A stretch of 64,000 nt of DNA from Octopus sinensis (Eukaryota), in NCBI RefSeq assembly GCF_006345805.1, contig NC_043013.1, positions 8,494,001-8,558,000 on the forward strand, in the 5' to 3' direction. Below are positions 50,234 to 62,717 of this stretch, in pieces. The notes under the pieces are model-generated. The model made no database searches. It was not told the DNA's origin and saw only the letters and a list, made by a program, of their open reading frames with translations. How positions within the stretch are numbered: position 1 is the stretch's first letter; each line of letters opens with the position of its first letter. The position numbers and the translations under genes were made by a program.

Positions 50234-50291
50234 CTGCACTGACGATTAAAAAGTGCATTTTGTGCACTAATTATGAAATCATGATTTGTGG
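50234..50291 (+). ncRNA. Type I hammerhead ribozyme motif (AUU site)
   Basis: CTGCA-CTGACGA-[AGTGCA/TGCACT hairpin]-GAAA-TCATGA-TT-TGTGG; palindromic stem III ATCATGAT. Confidence 0.65.
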
Positions 50292-50699
50292 CTGAATTTG
50301 TTTTTAAGGAGCTCGCTTCAAGACTTGCATTCCCTCACATTCGGTACACTATTTTTATTATGGTAGTTTTGACTTTAAGAGTTCCTCATAGCATGAACCA
50401 TTCATGTGTAGTAATGCCCTTAACATAAATAAATATGTGTGTGTGTGTGTGTGTGTGAAAGAGAGAGAGAGAGAGAGAGAGAGACAGTATGATATAGTTG
50501 CAAACAATTACTCATGGTGCCACATAGTAGAACTGAACTCAGAACAATGTGGTTGGGATGCAAACTTCTTATTTCTTTATTGCTCACAAGGGGCTAAACA
50601 CAGAGGGGACAAACAAGGACAGACAAAGGGATTAAGTTGATTATATCGACCCCAGTGTGTAACTGGTACTTAGTTTATCCTTCGAAAATTTTGGCCTTA

Positions 50700-51365
50700 C
50701 CAAGGCAATGACTTGTGACTGAGACCTTTGGAGATATGCTTTGCTTGAGAAGACCCGACAAGCCAAGTGAGACCATAGCCCATGGCCTTTGCCAGTGGGT
50801 GTAACCAGCCCACATATGAATACCCTTTATTCATTGGACAATATACTTTGCTTGCAAAGACCTATTGAGGTAAGTGAAATCAAAATCAAGATAGCTGATG
50901 TGGCCGATGACAGTACTGCCTGATTGGCATTCATGCCAGTGGAATGTTAAAAGCACATCTGAGCATGATCGTTGCCAGGACCACGCATTGGCACCCATGC
51001 CAGTAGCATGTAAAAAGTACCATTCAAGTGTGTTCGTTGCTAGCGTCACCTTACCGACACCTGTGCTGGTGGCACGTGAAAAACACCATTCAAGCGTGGT
51101 CATTGCCAGTGCCACCTGACTGGCTCCCATGCAGGTAGCATGTAAAAAACACATTTTGAGCGTGGTTGTCGCCAGAACCGCCTGATTGGACCTCATGCCG
51201 GTGGCACATAAAAACAACCACTACATTCTTGGAGTGGTTGGCATTAGGAAGGGCATCCAGCTGTAGAAACTTTGCGAGATCAGATTGAGCCTGGTGCAGC
51301 CTCTGGCTCACCAGTCCTCAGTCAAACCGTCCAACCCATGCCAGCATGGAAAGCGGACATTAAAC

Positions 51366-51400
<35 letters not shown>
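50700..51400 (+). mobile_element. RTE 3' end with ~60-bp internal repeats
   Basis: Family match, (GAT)n tail at ~51365-51400. Confidence 0.8.
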
Positions 51401-51401
<1 letters not shown>

Positions 51402-51619
51402 ACCTTTAGAAAGGGAAAGAGAGAGATGGATGAAAATATTTGTTTCTATCTATCTAGTCATCCCTCCTCTCTTTCCCCTCTCTCTCTCTTTCTCTTGCTA
51501 TCTATCTAATTACATACATGCACTCCAGCCAGCTTTCCCACCTATCTTGTCTGGATGTACATGCATATTTACATACATGTGACATGTGACATTTATTACA
51601 ATATTGGTGAAGACAGCAA

Positions 51620-52390
51620 CCGTTGTCAGCTCATCATGATGATGATGATGATGACGATGATGATGATGATGATGATGACGATGACGACGATGACGATGAT
51701 GATGATGATGATGACTGATGGCGATGATAATGATAACGACGATAATGTTATGAATGATGATAGTGATGATGACGACGACAACAATGATGCTAATGACAAC
51801 GATGATGGTGATGACAATGATGACAATGATGATGATGATGATGATAGTGATGTCAAAGAGAATGATGACAATGGTGGTGGCAGTATTGATGGTGATGGTA
51901 ATGATCGCGGTGGCAACTGATGTTGACGTCTGGGATAGTGACAATCGTGGTAGTGGTGGTGGTGGTGGTGGTGGATAGGAGGCAGTGGTGACGACAATGC
52001 TGATGTTGTCGTCCTTTTCTTTTTCTTCCTGCTCCTCCTTTTCAACATCACTGTCATCATAATCATCATAACAATGTTCATTATGTTCATCATCATCATC
52101 GTCATTATAATCAGCATAACTGTTTCCATCTTCATCGTCATCGTCATCATCTTACCAACATTACAACAGCATCATTACCTACAATATGATTTTATATATT
52201 CTTCCTTGCTTCAATTTAAAAAAAAACATTTTCTCCATCCTTCACTGGCCAACCAACCAACCAACCAACCAACCAACCAACCAACCAACCAACCAACCAA
52301 CCAACCAACCAACCAACCAACCAACCAACCTACCTACCTACCAACCAGCCAGTTTGCCAGTCTGCCAGCCAGCCAACCAGCCATCTAGCC
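51620..52390. repeat. (GAT)n/(CAT)n and (CCAA)n microsatellite block
   Basis: Simple-repeat periodicity. Confidence 0.9.
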
Positions 52391-53481
52391 ACCCAACTAC
52401 ACAAGCAGCAACACCAAAACCATGGAAACATAAAGTGTATCAGAACATCTGAGGCTAAAATAAATAGATTCACACATCGGTATGGTTACCATTTCCAGCA
52501 CAAAACTACATTAGATCAAGACATGGAAGAGGGTACCAGGAGAGGAAGGAGAAAGAGGAAGGAGAAAGAGAAGAAGAAGGAGGAAGGAGAAGGATGAACT
52601 GGTGATGTTGGTGATTGTGTATTGCTGTTTGGGGACGAAGTTCTCTTCGTAAAGATGTGGTTTTTTGGGTTCAGTTCCAGTTTGTGGCAGTTTGGACAAG
52701 TCTTCCCAATAATAGTCCCCCCCCCAATCCCCAAAAATACTGTGTGAGTGAATTTGATGAATGGAAACTAGGAAATTCACACATGAGTGTTGTGTGTGTT
52801 TACATACATTCATACATTCATACATACATACATACACACACATACATACATACATACATACATACATACATACATACATACATACATGCACATACATACA
52901 TACATACATGCATTCATACATTCATACCCACACACACACACATTCATATATATCATCATCATCATCATCATCATTATCATTTAATATCTGTTTTCCACGC
53001 TAGCATGGGTTGGATGGTTTGACTGGAGCTGACCAACTGAAGGGCTCTTTGGCTCCTTGTCTATTTTGGCATGGTTTCTATGGCTGGATGCCCTTCCTAA
53101 CGCCAACTACTTTACAGAGTGTACTGGGTGCTTTTACACAGTGCCAGTACAGGGGCCTTTTTTGTGTGACACCAGCACCTACAGGCCAGCAAGATTAGGA
53201 AAGCTCAGCTATAGAGGGTTACTTAGCTTGACATGTCTTTTCAAGCTCAGCCAACTGCCAGGAGTCTCAGTCCCTTGTCATCCCCTCTCTGAGTCCCAAT
53301 GTCTGTACAGCCTTTCTCATCACTTAGTCCCATGTCTTTCTGGATCTACCCCTTCCACATGTTCCCTCTACGATTAGAGATCAGCACCTTTTGATGCAAC
53401 TGTCTTATTTCATACACATTACATGGTTGTACCTGCACAGTCTTCTCTCTTGCACACTACATCTGATGCTAACCTCTCAAA

Positions 53482-53780
53482 AGAGCTGTTCTTCACCTCT
53501 GCTCTAGAGCGTCGGCTGCGGGGTCACTCTGAAAAGCTCTATTTGCGACAATTTCATCTCAATCGAAGGAGAGGGGCTTTCTCTGTCCGGGTTGTGGATC
53601 CGTGGAATAAGCTGCCGGACGAAATAGTGAAGATGCCAACGACCGCTCGGTTCAAAGTCTCTCTTGACCAGAAATGGCCTGAACTCTTTGCATGAACACC
53701 CTCCCTGTACATAACTCCATGTCCCCCTACATGGCCTTGCTTTTTGCTTTTTGAGCCAAAAAATTAACTTAATTTAACTA
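53482..53780 (+). mobile_element. CR1/L2-group LINE 3' end nested in the RTE
   Basis: RRLRGHSEKLY...RRGAFSVRVVDPWNKLPDEIV...FKVSLD* followed by a short 3' UTR. Confidence 0.85.
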
Positions 53781-55043
53781 TAATATACCCAGTTTTTTTC
53801 TCGGATCACATACACTCTGTTGAACATGCACACTGATATTATCATCCAGTGAAGCATATTGGCTTCATTTTTTTCAAGCCCATGTCTCATTGCTATGCAC
53901 CATAGCTGTTCATACACAGGCATCATACAATCTGCCTTTAACTCTGAGGGAGAAGCCCTTCATTACCAACAGAGGTAGTAACTCTCTGAACTTTGTCCAG
54001 CCTATTCTTATTCTAGCAGCTAAGCTTTCGGAACAACTACCCCCACTACTGACTTGGTCACCTAAGAAACAGAAATGACTACTTTTTCTAAGGATCCCCC
54101 TGGTATATGAGAGAGTCTATTTTTTTTGGTTTGTGTGTTCCTGGTGTTTAATGTACCTGCACATCTGCTACATGTAAGGACTATATTATCATCTCGTGAT
54201 ACTGCTACATCTCTTACGTATCCATAGCTTGCACTGTGTACACCTTATGGAGTGTCTCCCAACACATCTACATATCAAGCAGGGCCATCTCCCTGAAGGG
54301 ATCTGCAATTTTTCTGTTTTCCTACTCATCAATACTTTGGTCTTTGCTAAATTACCTCTATGGCCCTTTGATACCAGACCTTGCTTCTATACCTAAAATT
54401 TCTTCTCTGGTTCTGGTAGTGATTCAGGGTCAGGTCATTGGTATAGAGGAGCTCCCAAGGGCAGCTAGTCTAAAATTTCTCAGTTATAGCTTGGAGGACC
54501 ACGATAAATAAGAGAAGGTTAAGAACTGAGCCCTGGTGGTTTCCCTCTTATACACTAAACTCCTTCTTATACTCATTGATGACTCTCACCTTACTAATAG
54601 CATACTAGATAAGGAAGTGGCTTTCTCCATCTCAACAAAGGCCAGAAACAGAAGTTTATTTTTGGCCAAGTATTTCTCCTACAGTTGCCTCACCAGGAAG
54701 ATGGTGCTTTTCCTTGGCACAAATCCAAATTGTATCTCATCTATGTTAATTCCCTTCCTAATTAATTGAGCTATGACCCTCTCTGTAACTTTCATCACCT
54801 GGTCCAACCATTTGATGCTACTACAACTATTTCTGTCTAGGGTGTCACTTTTGCCTTTGTAGCAGTTGATCCCAATGCTGTGACACCAATTATTGAGGAC
54901 AATTTAATTAACTATACAGGTGACCAGGTTATAACCCACCCCACCAGAGATTTTTAGCATCTCAGCAGTGACCCTTGATAGGCCAGAGGCTTTTCCTGTC
55001 TCAATATCCTTAATTGCTTTGTCTACTAAGCTACTGTCAATTG

Positions 55044-55374
55044 TGAGGGCGCGTGGCTTAGTGGTTAGGGGCATTCGGCTCATGATCGTAAGGTTGTGAG
55101 TTCGATTCCTGGCGACGCATTGTGTCCTTAAGCAAGACACTTTATTTCATGTTGCTCCAGTCCACTCAGCTGGCAAAAATGAGTTGTACCTGTATTTCAA
55201 AGGGTCAGCCTTGTCACTCTCTGTGTCACGCTGAATCTCCTTGCGAACTACGTTAAGGGTACATGTGTCTGTGGAATGCTCAGCCATTTGCACGTTAATT
55301 TCACGAGCAAGCTGTTCCGTTGATCGTATCAGCTGGGACTCTCATCGTCGTAACCGACGGAGTGCTCCTTTTTT
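55044..55374 (+). mobile_element. SINE family D nested in the RTE
   Basis: 12-bp TSD TACTGTCAATTG at 55032-55043 and 55375-55386. Confidence 0.92.
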
Positions 55375-55916
55375 TACTGTCAATTGGAATAGCAGACCCC
55401 TCTTTTGGGTCCACATAGGGCAGGCTCTCCTTTCCCCAAGCATTCTTTACATTTAGCAGCCTTTCATAGTGGCACTTCTAAGCCTCCTTAGATGCAAAAT
55501 CGCTAACTGTGAGTGAACCATTATCCATGTAAACACATTTCTCCCCAACCACATAACAATTTTCTTTGACACATTGTCTTGCAAGCTGAAACACTTCAAG
55601 CCTCTGGTCCTCATGATTCAGAACATTGGCAAACTTCCTTCTCTCTGCTTCTCCCCTCGCTAAATACATCTGTCTGTCTTCTAACCTCTCTCCAAGCTAC
55701 TTGATATATGTGTGTGTGCATGTGTATGTGTGTGTGTACATCAATGCCTGTATATATATGTATATATACACACATGTATATATATTAATATATATACATA
55801 TATTTATACTTATGTATATATATATAGATATATAATTAATAAAAAACAAAGAAAAAAACATATATACATATATACATACAATTATATGAATATATATATG
55901 CATGTATGTATGTATG

Positions 55917-55985
<69 letters not shown>

Positions 55986-56376
55986 CATAAACACATGCAT
56001 ATATATATATTCATATAATTGTATGTATATATGTATATATGCACATGCACACACATATATATATACATGGGTGTATGTGTTATAGTATATATGACTATCA
56101 TTATCATCATCATTTAATGTTCATTTTCCATGCTGGCATGGGTTGGACTGTTTGACAGGACCTGGCCGGCCAGAGGACTACACAGGCTCCAACTGTCTGT
56201 TTTGACATGATTTCTGTGACTGGCTGGCTGCCTTTCCTAAAGCCTATTCATCTTCCCACATGGCCTCAAACTCAACATACAGGCCTACATCAAATGCCTG
56301 GAGGTAGTGCTGCCCTGGGTCAAGAGGGTCACTGCTGGAAGACTGCTGGGGCACAGTTGGGCAAGAGACCAACAAA

Positions 56377-56636
56377 ACTCCTTGTAACCAAAGATGAACT
56401 GAAGGCAAGGATTATGACAGCATTCACCAACTTAAGCAAGAAGACCGTCCAGAAGAGTTGCAGGAGATTCCGAAGTGATCTGGAGGCCGTCGTTGAAGCC
56501 AATGGCGATTTTATTGAATAAATTTACTCTTTAATATATTGACTTATTTTTATGTAATTTTGGTAAATATAACAGTTGTCAGTGTTATTTTCATTATTAC
56601 ATAATTTAGACAACAGTCTATTCACTGCACCCTGTA
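56377..56636 (+). mobile_element. Tc1/mariner-superfamily element, C-terminus plus 3' TIR
   Basis: TKDELKARIMTAFTNLSKKTVQKSCRRFRSDLEAVVEANGDFIE*; ends ...TGCACCCTG|TA. Confidence 0.85.
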
Positions 56637-56649
56637 TATATATATATAT

Positions 56650-57050
56650 CATCATCATCATCATCATCATCGTTTAACGTCTGTTTTCCATGCTAGCATG
56701 GGTTGGACGGTTCAACTGGGTTCTGGGAAGCCAGGAGGCTGCACCAGGCCCAGTCTGATCTGGCAGTTGTTTCTACAGCTGGATGCCCTTCCTAACACCA
56801 ACCACTCCATGAGTGTAGTGGTTGCTTTTTACGTGCCAGACGAGGCTGGCAACAGCCACGATCAGTTGGTGCTTTTTACATACCACCGGCATGGAGGCCA
56901 GTCGGGGCAGTGCTGGCAACAGCCACATTTGGATGGTTTTATTATGTGCCACCAGCACTGGTATCACAATTTCCATTGATTTTGATCGATTTCGATTTCG
57001 ATTTCACTTGCCTCAACAGGTCTTCGCAAGTAGAGTTTTGTGTCTCAAGA
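56650..57050 (-). mobile_element. RTE 3'-end-derived element
   Basis: (CAT)n on the plus strand and family match. Confidence 0.8.
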
Positions 57051-57168
57051 AGGAAAGGTATGCATAAGCGGACTGGCTACATCCCAGGTAGAGGCCACAG
57101 GTTATGGTCTCACTTGTCCTGCTGGGTCTTCTCATGCACAGCATACTTCCAATATATATATATATGTA

Positions 57169-57293
<125 letters not shown>

Positions 57294-59244
57294 GGACACT
57301 CATAACATAGTTCTTTGTTTGCAGAATATAGCAAATGTGTCGTGGTCATAAGTGGAATGCCTTAGATCATAGGTCTACTCAATCAAGGGTGCCCCAAGGC
57401 TAAACAGCAATGACAATAACAGCCAATCTGATTATGAACCATTGTTGACAAGACCTCTATATTGTCATCTATTTCAAACCCTATAATCTTAGGAAAGAGA
57501 AAAGGTGCATTGAGCTATGTGATCCATGGTGCATTGTGGCATGCACTTTGCGTAGGAAAATGGTAGATTGGTGAACTCTGGAATGTCAATGATCTGAGCT
57601 GACCTGGTACAACAACATAACAGCAGCAACAACAACAATAGCAACAGTGGTAGTAACACTGCAAAGACAAATATGGTAGTTGACAGACAAGCCTATTATT
57701 CTTATTCTTCTGATGATTTTTTTTATTTTTCAATTCTGTCCATTAGTTGCCTGCAATCATTACTCTTGATCTCTATGTGCGCAACTATTTAGATTTTTGT
57801 TCAGGAGACCAGATGGAGGAGTAGAGCTAGTCACAGGGGCCCAAGCATGAAAGGGCAATAGATCAGTCATGAATAAACTGCAGTCTGTAGGCTGCGTGTG
57901 GTTTGCAGGACTCTCTGATTGGCACACCAAGGAAAAATTACCTTGAATTACTTTTTAGTAGGGCAGCCTGTCAGATGATGTGTCATGTCTCATGAGGCCT
58001 GCTTCTCATAAAAAAGTTGCCAGTACCTCCTCTCAATTTTGTCTACCACTCAGGTAATCCATGGTGGGATTTGAACTCAGAATGTAAAGAAATGGAATAA
58101 GTACTGCAAGGTATCTGGTCAGTTTCTACAGATCTACCAAACTACTACCATGGTTGTGTGTAACTGGTGAAGGCCCATGGATTAGTGGTTATGGTATTCT
58201 GTTCATGATCATAAGGTCTTGAGTTCAATTCTTCGTGGCATGTTATGTCCTTGAACAAGACACTTTATTTCACGTTACTCCAGTCCACTCAGCTGGCAAA
58301 AATGGGTTGTGCCTCTAATTCAAACAGCCAGCCTTGAAGATTGAAGATCAAGTCTATTGAAACATAGAGTAGATGTAAATATTAAAAAATAATCCTTTTT
58401 CTTTTTTTTTTATGCTCTCTAAAGACGATGTTAATTAGTTAGAAAAAAGTATAATCTTATTAATAACTCAGACATTTTAGAAATTTAATTTAATTAAACC
58501 TAATTCTTCAACACTCCAGGAAATTAAATTTAGTGATCTCTAACAGAGAACAGTATGCCGCATCTTTACACAGCACCGTTTCCACCTCTACCCCAGAGCT
58601 CCGAGGATTAGACACATCCCTAACAACTAAGACACTGATGGCTAAATTAATCTGCATCATAGTTCTCATATTCTCATATTTTGAGTTCTAAATTTATTTC
58701 ACAATAAAAATGGAATGGCCAGTCTTAGAATGCTGAATCAACAATTCTTTGATTCTTTAATCAATATTTTACAAGCAACCAATGCTGTTCAAACAAAGAA
58801 TTGAATCAATGTAGCCGTCAGATATCCTTTGAAGGCATGGTGATGCGGTTAAGAAGTTTGCTCTTTATCTATGTGGTTTTGAGTTCAAGAGGCTGCCTAG
58901 GCAGCACCTTGGGCGAGAGTCTTTTACTACACAGTCTCTGGTCTACCAAATCCTTTTGAGTGCAATTTGGTGAACAGAAACTATGTAAGTACAGTACAGG
59001 GATCATTCCTGTACTTGGGAGATAGTCTTAATTCAATGCCAGCTTAACTCCATCACCTGACCTTTGGGTATAGGTACCTTTGACAAGTCCCTTAACTCCA
59101 TGACAATAGTTGGGGCATTTCAGCTATGCAGCATATATTGGGCAAGAAAGCCTGCTGAAGCCCATTGCTCTTCAGGCTTAACTCATTTCTAAAACTGAGT
59201 GGACTGGAGCAACATAAGATGAAGTGCTTTGCTCAAAAACACAA

Positions 59245-59407
59245 GGCGTAGGAGTGGCTGTGTGGTAAGTAGCTTGCTTACAAACTACATGGTTCCGGGT
59301 TCAGTCCCACTGCATGACACCTTGGGCAAGTGTCTTCTACTATAGCCTCGGGCTGACCAAAACCTTATGAGTGGATTTGGTAGACAGAAACTGAAAGAAG
59401 CCCATCG

Positions 59408-59441
<34 letters not shown>

Positions 59442-59650
59442 TTGTGTGTCTGTGTTTGTCCCCCCAACATCGCTTGACAACTGATGCTGGTGTGTTTACG
59501 TCCCTGTAACTTAGCAGTTCAGCAAAAGAGACCAGTAGAATAAGTGCTAGGCTTACAAAGAATAAGTCCTGGAGTCGATTTGCTCCATTAAAGTTGGTGC
59601 TCCAGCATGGCCACAGTCAAATGACTGAAACAAGTAAAAGAGTAAAAGAG
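59245..59650 (+). mobile_element. SINE family A inserted in a minus-strand family D SINE
   Basis: Full head to tail; family D fragments on both sides. Confidence 0.85.
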
Positions 59651-60419
59651 ATGACCCAGTCCAAGGATTGAAACCACTATTTCATGGTCATGAATTCAAC
59701 ACCCTAACCACTATGCAATGTGCCTCCACTAGTGGTACTCATTTCTACAGCTGAGTGAACTGGAACAACATGAAAAGAAGTGTTTTGCTCAAGAATACAA
59801 TGCATCACCTGGTCCAGGAATTGAAACCACAATCTTACGATCATGAGCCCAACACCCTAACCACTAAACCCTGTGTCTCCACAGGTACCTTTAGCAGAGA
59901 TAAATATTTTTTGCAGGCATGACTGTGTATTTAAGAAGTTTGCTTTTTCCTCCATGTCGTCTGAGGGTTAATCCCACTATGCAGTACCCAAAGCAAATGT
60001 TTTCTACTACAGTCTCTGACCAACCAAAATCTTGTGAATGAAACTTAGCAAATAAAATCTATGAGCAAGCATAGTGAAAGGATTGTTCCTGCTCTTAAGA
60101 GATAGACTGAACCTGATCTCAAGTTTAACACCTCTACCTGGTCTTTGTGTGCTTTTGGCAGCACCTATCCGGTTGTGAACCATTGGGCCTAGTCTCTATT
60201 TGATGATAACTCCACCCTTCATCCCTCCTTCCCAATCTTACAGAAACAAAAATGTGTCATATCAGGTTTAAGGGGGTGAGCTCATAGAATTTTAGCATGC
60301 TAGACAAAATGCTCAGCAATATTTCGTCTGGCATGTTCTGAGTTCAAATTCCACTGAAGCTGATTTTGTCTTCATCTTTTCAGAGCTGGATAAAACATGT
60401 ACCAGTTGAGTACTTGGGT

Positions 60420-60679
60420 AATGGGTGCCACATAAAAAGCACCAATGAAGGTGCCTCTTAAAAAGTACTTAATGCACTCAGTAAAGTGGTGGGTATTAGG
60501 AAGGGCATCCAGCCATAGAAACCATGCTGTGGTAGATAATGGAGCCGGGTGCAGCTCCTGATCTTACCAGCTCCTGTTAAATCATCCAACTCATGCCAGC
60601 ATGAAAAATGGACATTAAATGACGACGACGATGACGATGACGATGACAACGTTGATGACGATGACGATGATGATGATGG
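60420..60679 (+). mobile_element. RTE 3'-end-derived element, diverged
   Basis: GGAAGGGCATCCAGCC motif; (GAC/GAT)n tail ends about 21 nt before the exon acceptor. Confidence 0.75.
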
Positions 60680-60700
60680 TTCTTTTTTATGTATTTGCAG

Positions 60701-60817
60701 TACCAACGCAAGCCATAATTTTTCTAGTAGTCGTAGGAGGATGCCTGGTTTTCCTCATTATATTATACATATTCCTTGAGAAGAAATCATGTTTTGCTGG
60801 GCTTCAGTTTTTAAAAG
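60701..60817 (+). CDS. SYT14: Transmembrane exon of a synaptotagmin-14/16-like protein
   Basis: TTCTTTTTTATGTATTTGCAG acceptor, AAG|GTAAGT donor, 117 nt, phase 1-1; (V)PTQAIIFLVVVGGCLVFLIILYIFLEKKSCF resembles the recalled SYT14 motif VSPEAVGFL...LLFLYINKKFCF. Confidence 0.75.
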
Positions 60818-60906
60818 GTAAGTTTCTTGCTTTATAAATCATTTCAGTAAAAATATTACGGTCAACATTCAGAAAGCAAAACTATTTCTCTTTCAGATTG
60901 TCAACA

Positions 60907-61298
60907 TCTTTATATATAAAAGTGAAGTTGTGTGTGTCTCCTACGATTTAGATTCCTAACTACTCCCACATTTTGCGGTGCAGTTTAACCAAAAGCGGGT
61001 ATCTTATAGTCGTGATTCATATCGAGCCCTTCTGGGTATTAGCGTGCGTCTACGACGAGTCTACGATTTAAAAAAAAAATTACCATCATTTTTTCCCACT
61101 TTTAATGCATTTTTTTTTGCTATTATATAAGGGAAGTAACTCTCTAAAAATGTATTATTAAATCTCAGAACGTAAAAAGTTACAGTAACACCCCCCCCTT
61201 TGTGGTTAGCCACATTGTGATGGCTATTATACTTTACATCTCTAAAAATGCTTATATAGTTATTTACAAACCTGAGCAATGCCAGGCGATACTGCTAG
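60907..61298 (+). mobile_element. Non-autonomous Helitron
   Basis: TC start, CCTGAGCAATGCCAGG hairpin, CTAG end, A|T site. Confidence 0.9.
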
Positions 61299-61329
61299 TT
61301 ATTTATAAACATGATACTTTTTCCTTTTA

Positions 61330-61770
61330 TCTATTATCATTTACTTGTTTCACTCATTAGACTACAGCGATGCTGGGACACTGCTTTGAAGGATTTTTTG
61401 TCGACTGTATCAAGCCCAGTACTTAATTTTTTTAAAACCTGGTACTTATTCTATCGGTCACTTTTGCCAAACTGCTAAGTTATGGGAACATAAACACATC
61501 AGTATTGGTCGTCAAGCACTGGTGGTAGGACAAACACAGACACAAAGAAATGCATACACACACACACACACGCATGTGCGCACACACACACACACACATG
61601 CAATAAGCTTCTTTCAGTTCTTGTCTACCAAATGCACTTACAAGGCTTTGGTCAGCCCAAGGTTATATGAGAAGACACTTGATCAAGGTGCCATGCAGTG
61701 AGACTGAACCTGGAACAATGTGGTTGGGAAAGAAAGTTCTTACCACACAGCCATGCCTACACGTATTTGA
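61330..61770 (-). mobile_element. SINE family A, diverged
   Basis: Both halves are on the minus strand. Confidence 0.8.
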
Positions 61771-61892
61771 ACATAAAAGTTCTGTATTTTTATTCATTTA
61801 CTGGTTTCAGCCATTGCATTTCAATCTGGCACTTATTTTATCAGCTTCCTTTACTGAACCGCTAAGTCACAGAGATGTAAAGAAACCATATT

Positions 61893-62717
61893 GACCATTT
61901 GCTTCCATTCAAGCAATTCGTAATGGATAATCCCTTCCCAGTCCCACCATACGCACAGCATCGTTTTACACGGATGAAGATCTTGTTTCACACGCGGTGT
62001 CACTTGTTAACCGGGGAAAAACCATTCCTTATGCTGCTTCATATTGATGTACAGGCACCATTTTTCATTGCCAGTAATGATTCAGTAAAGACATCATTGC
62101 TTGTGTCCATGAGTTGAGTGGTGACGGTCAAGCAAACCATCAGAGATTGTGGCCAGTTGATTTTTGTTGTTGTCACTTAAAGCATGCGGAACCCATGCTC
62201 CATACTTCTGAACCTTTCCCATCAAGTGAAGATGCTTCTCTGTAGCAGTGTGGAAGCATTCCATTTTCTCTGCCAGTTCCCTTGTTGTTTGACAAGAATT
62301 TTTATGCAAAAGTTGGTTTAATCGCTCTTCATCGAACTCAACTGGACGGCCAGAATGAAGTGCATCTTTGAGGTCAAAATTTCCATTTTTGAACTTGGCA
62401 TACTGATTATGAGCGGTTCTTTCAGCTATGGCACCCTCTCCATACACAGCGCAAATGTCACGAGCAGCTTTTGTGACCTTGGAGCCTTGATTAAAAGCAA
62501 AAAGATGTCAAAAATGCTTGTTTTTCTTAACTTGACATTCCATTTTAATGATCTGAAAATAAACAAAAATTAACTAAAATTAACTAGAAAAAAAAACAAA
62601 ATAGATTCCAAAATGATTCAAAAATAGAATTCTTGGAAAAAATAGATTCCAAGATTTAAAAACGCAATAGATTCCAAAATTTTAAAAAACGGCGGGAACT
62701 TAGTTGCCAACCCAATA
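61893..62717 (-). mobile_element. mariner (DD34D-type) transposon, 5' TIR plus partial transposase pseudogene
   Basis: TIR TATTGGGTTGGCAACTAAG; SGRPVEFDEE, TTRELAE, WVPHAL, ITGNEKW, MLCVWWDWEGIIHYELL; frameshifted and truncated. Confidence 0.9.

Larger units (their letters stand above)
52960..55690 (-). mobile_element. RTE-clade LINE remnant (RT to 3' UTR) with nested insertions
   Basis: Minus strand: HQGSVLNLLLFIVV, GCPWELLYTNDL (YADD region), FRELLPLL..GFSLRVKGRLYDACV; 3' UTR ends in (GAT)n. Confidence 0.85.

Noticed and set aside
56207-56521. 104-aa ORF as a gene
   Set aside because: Chimera of an RTE-tail fragment and a Tc1-like transposase C-terminus
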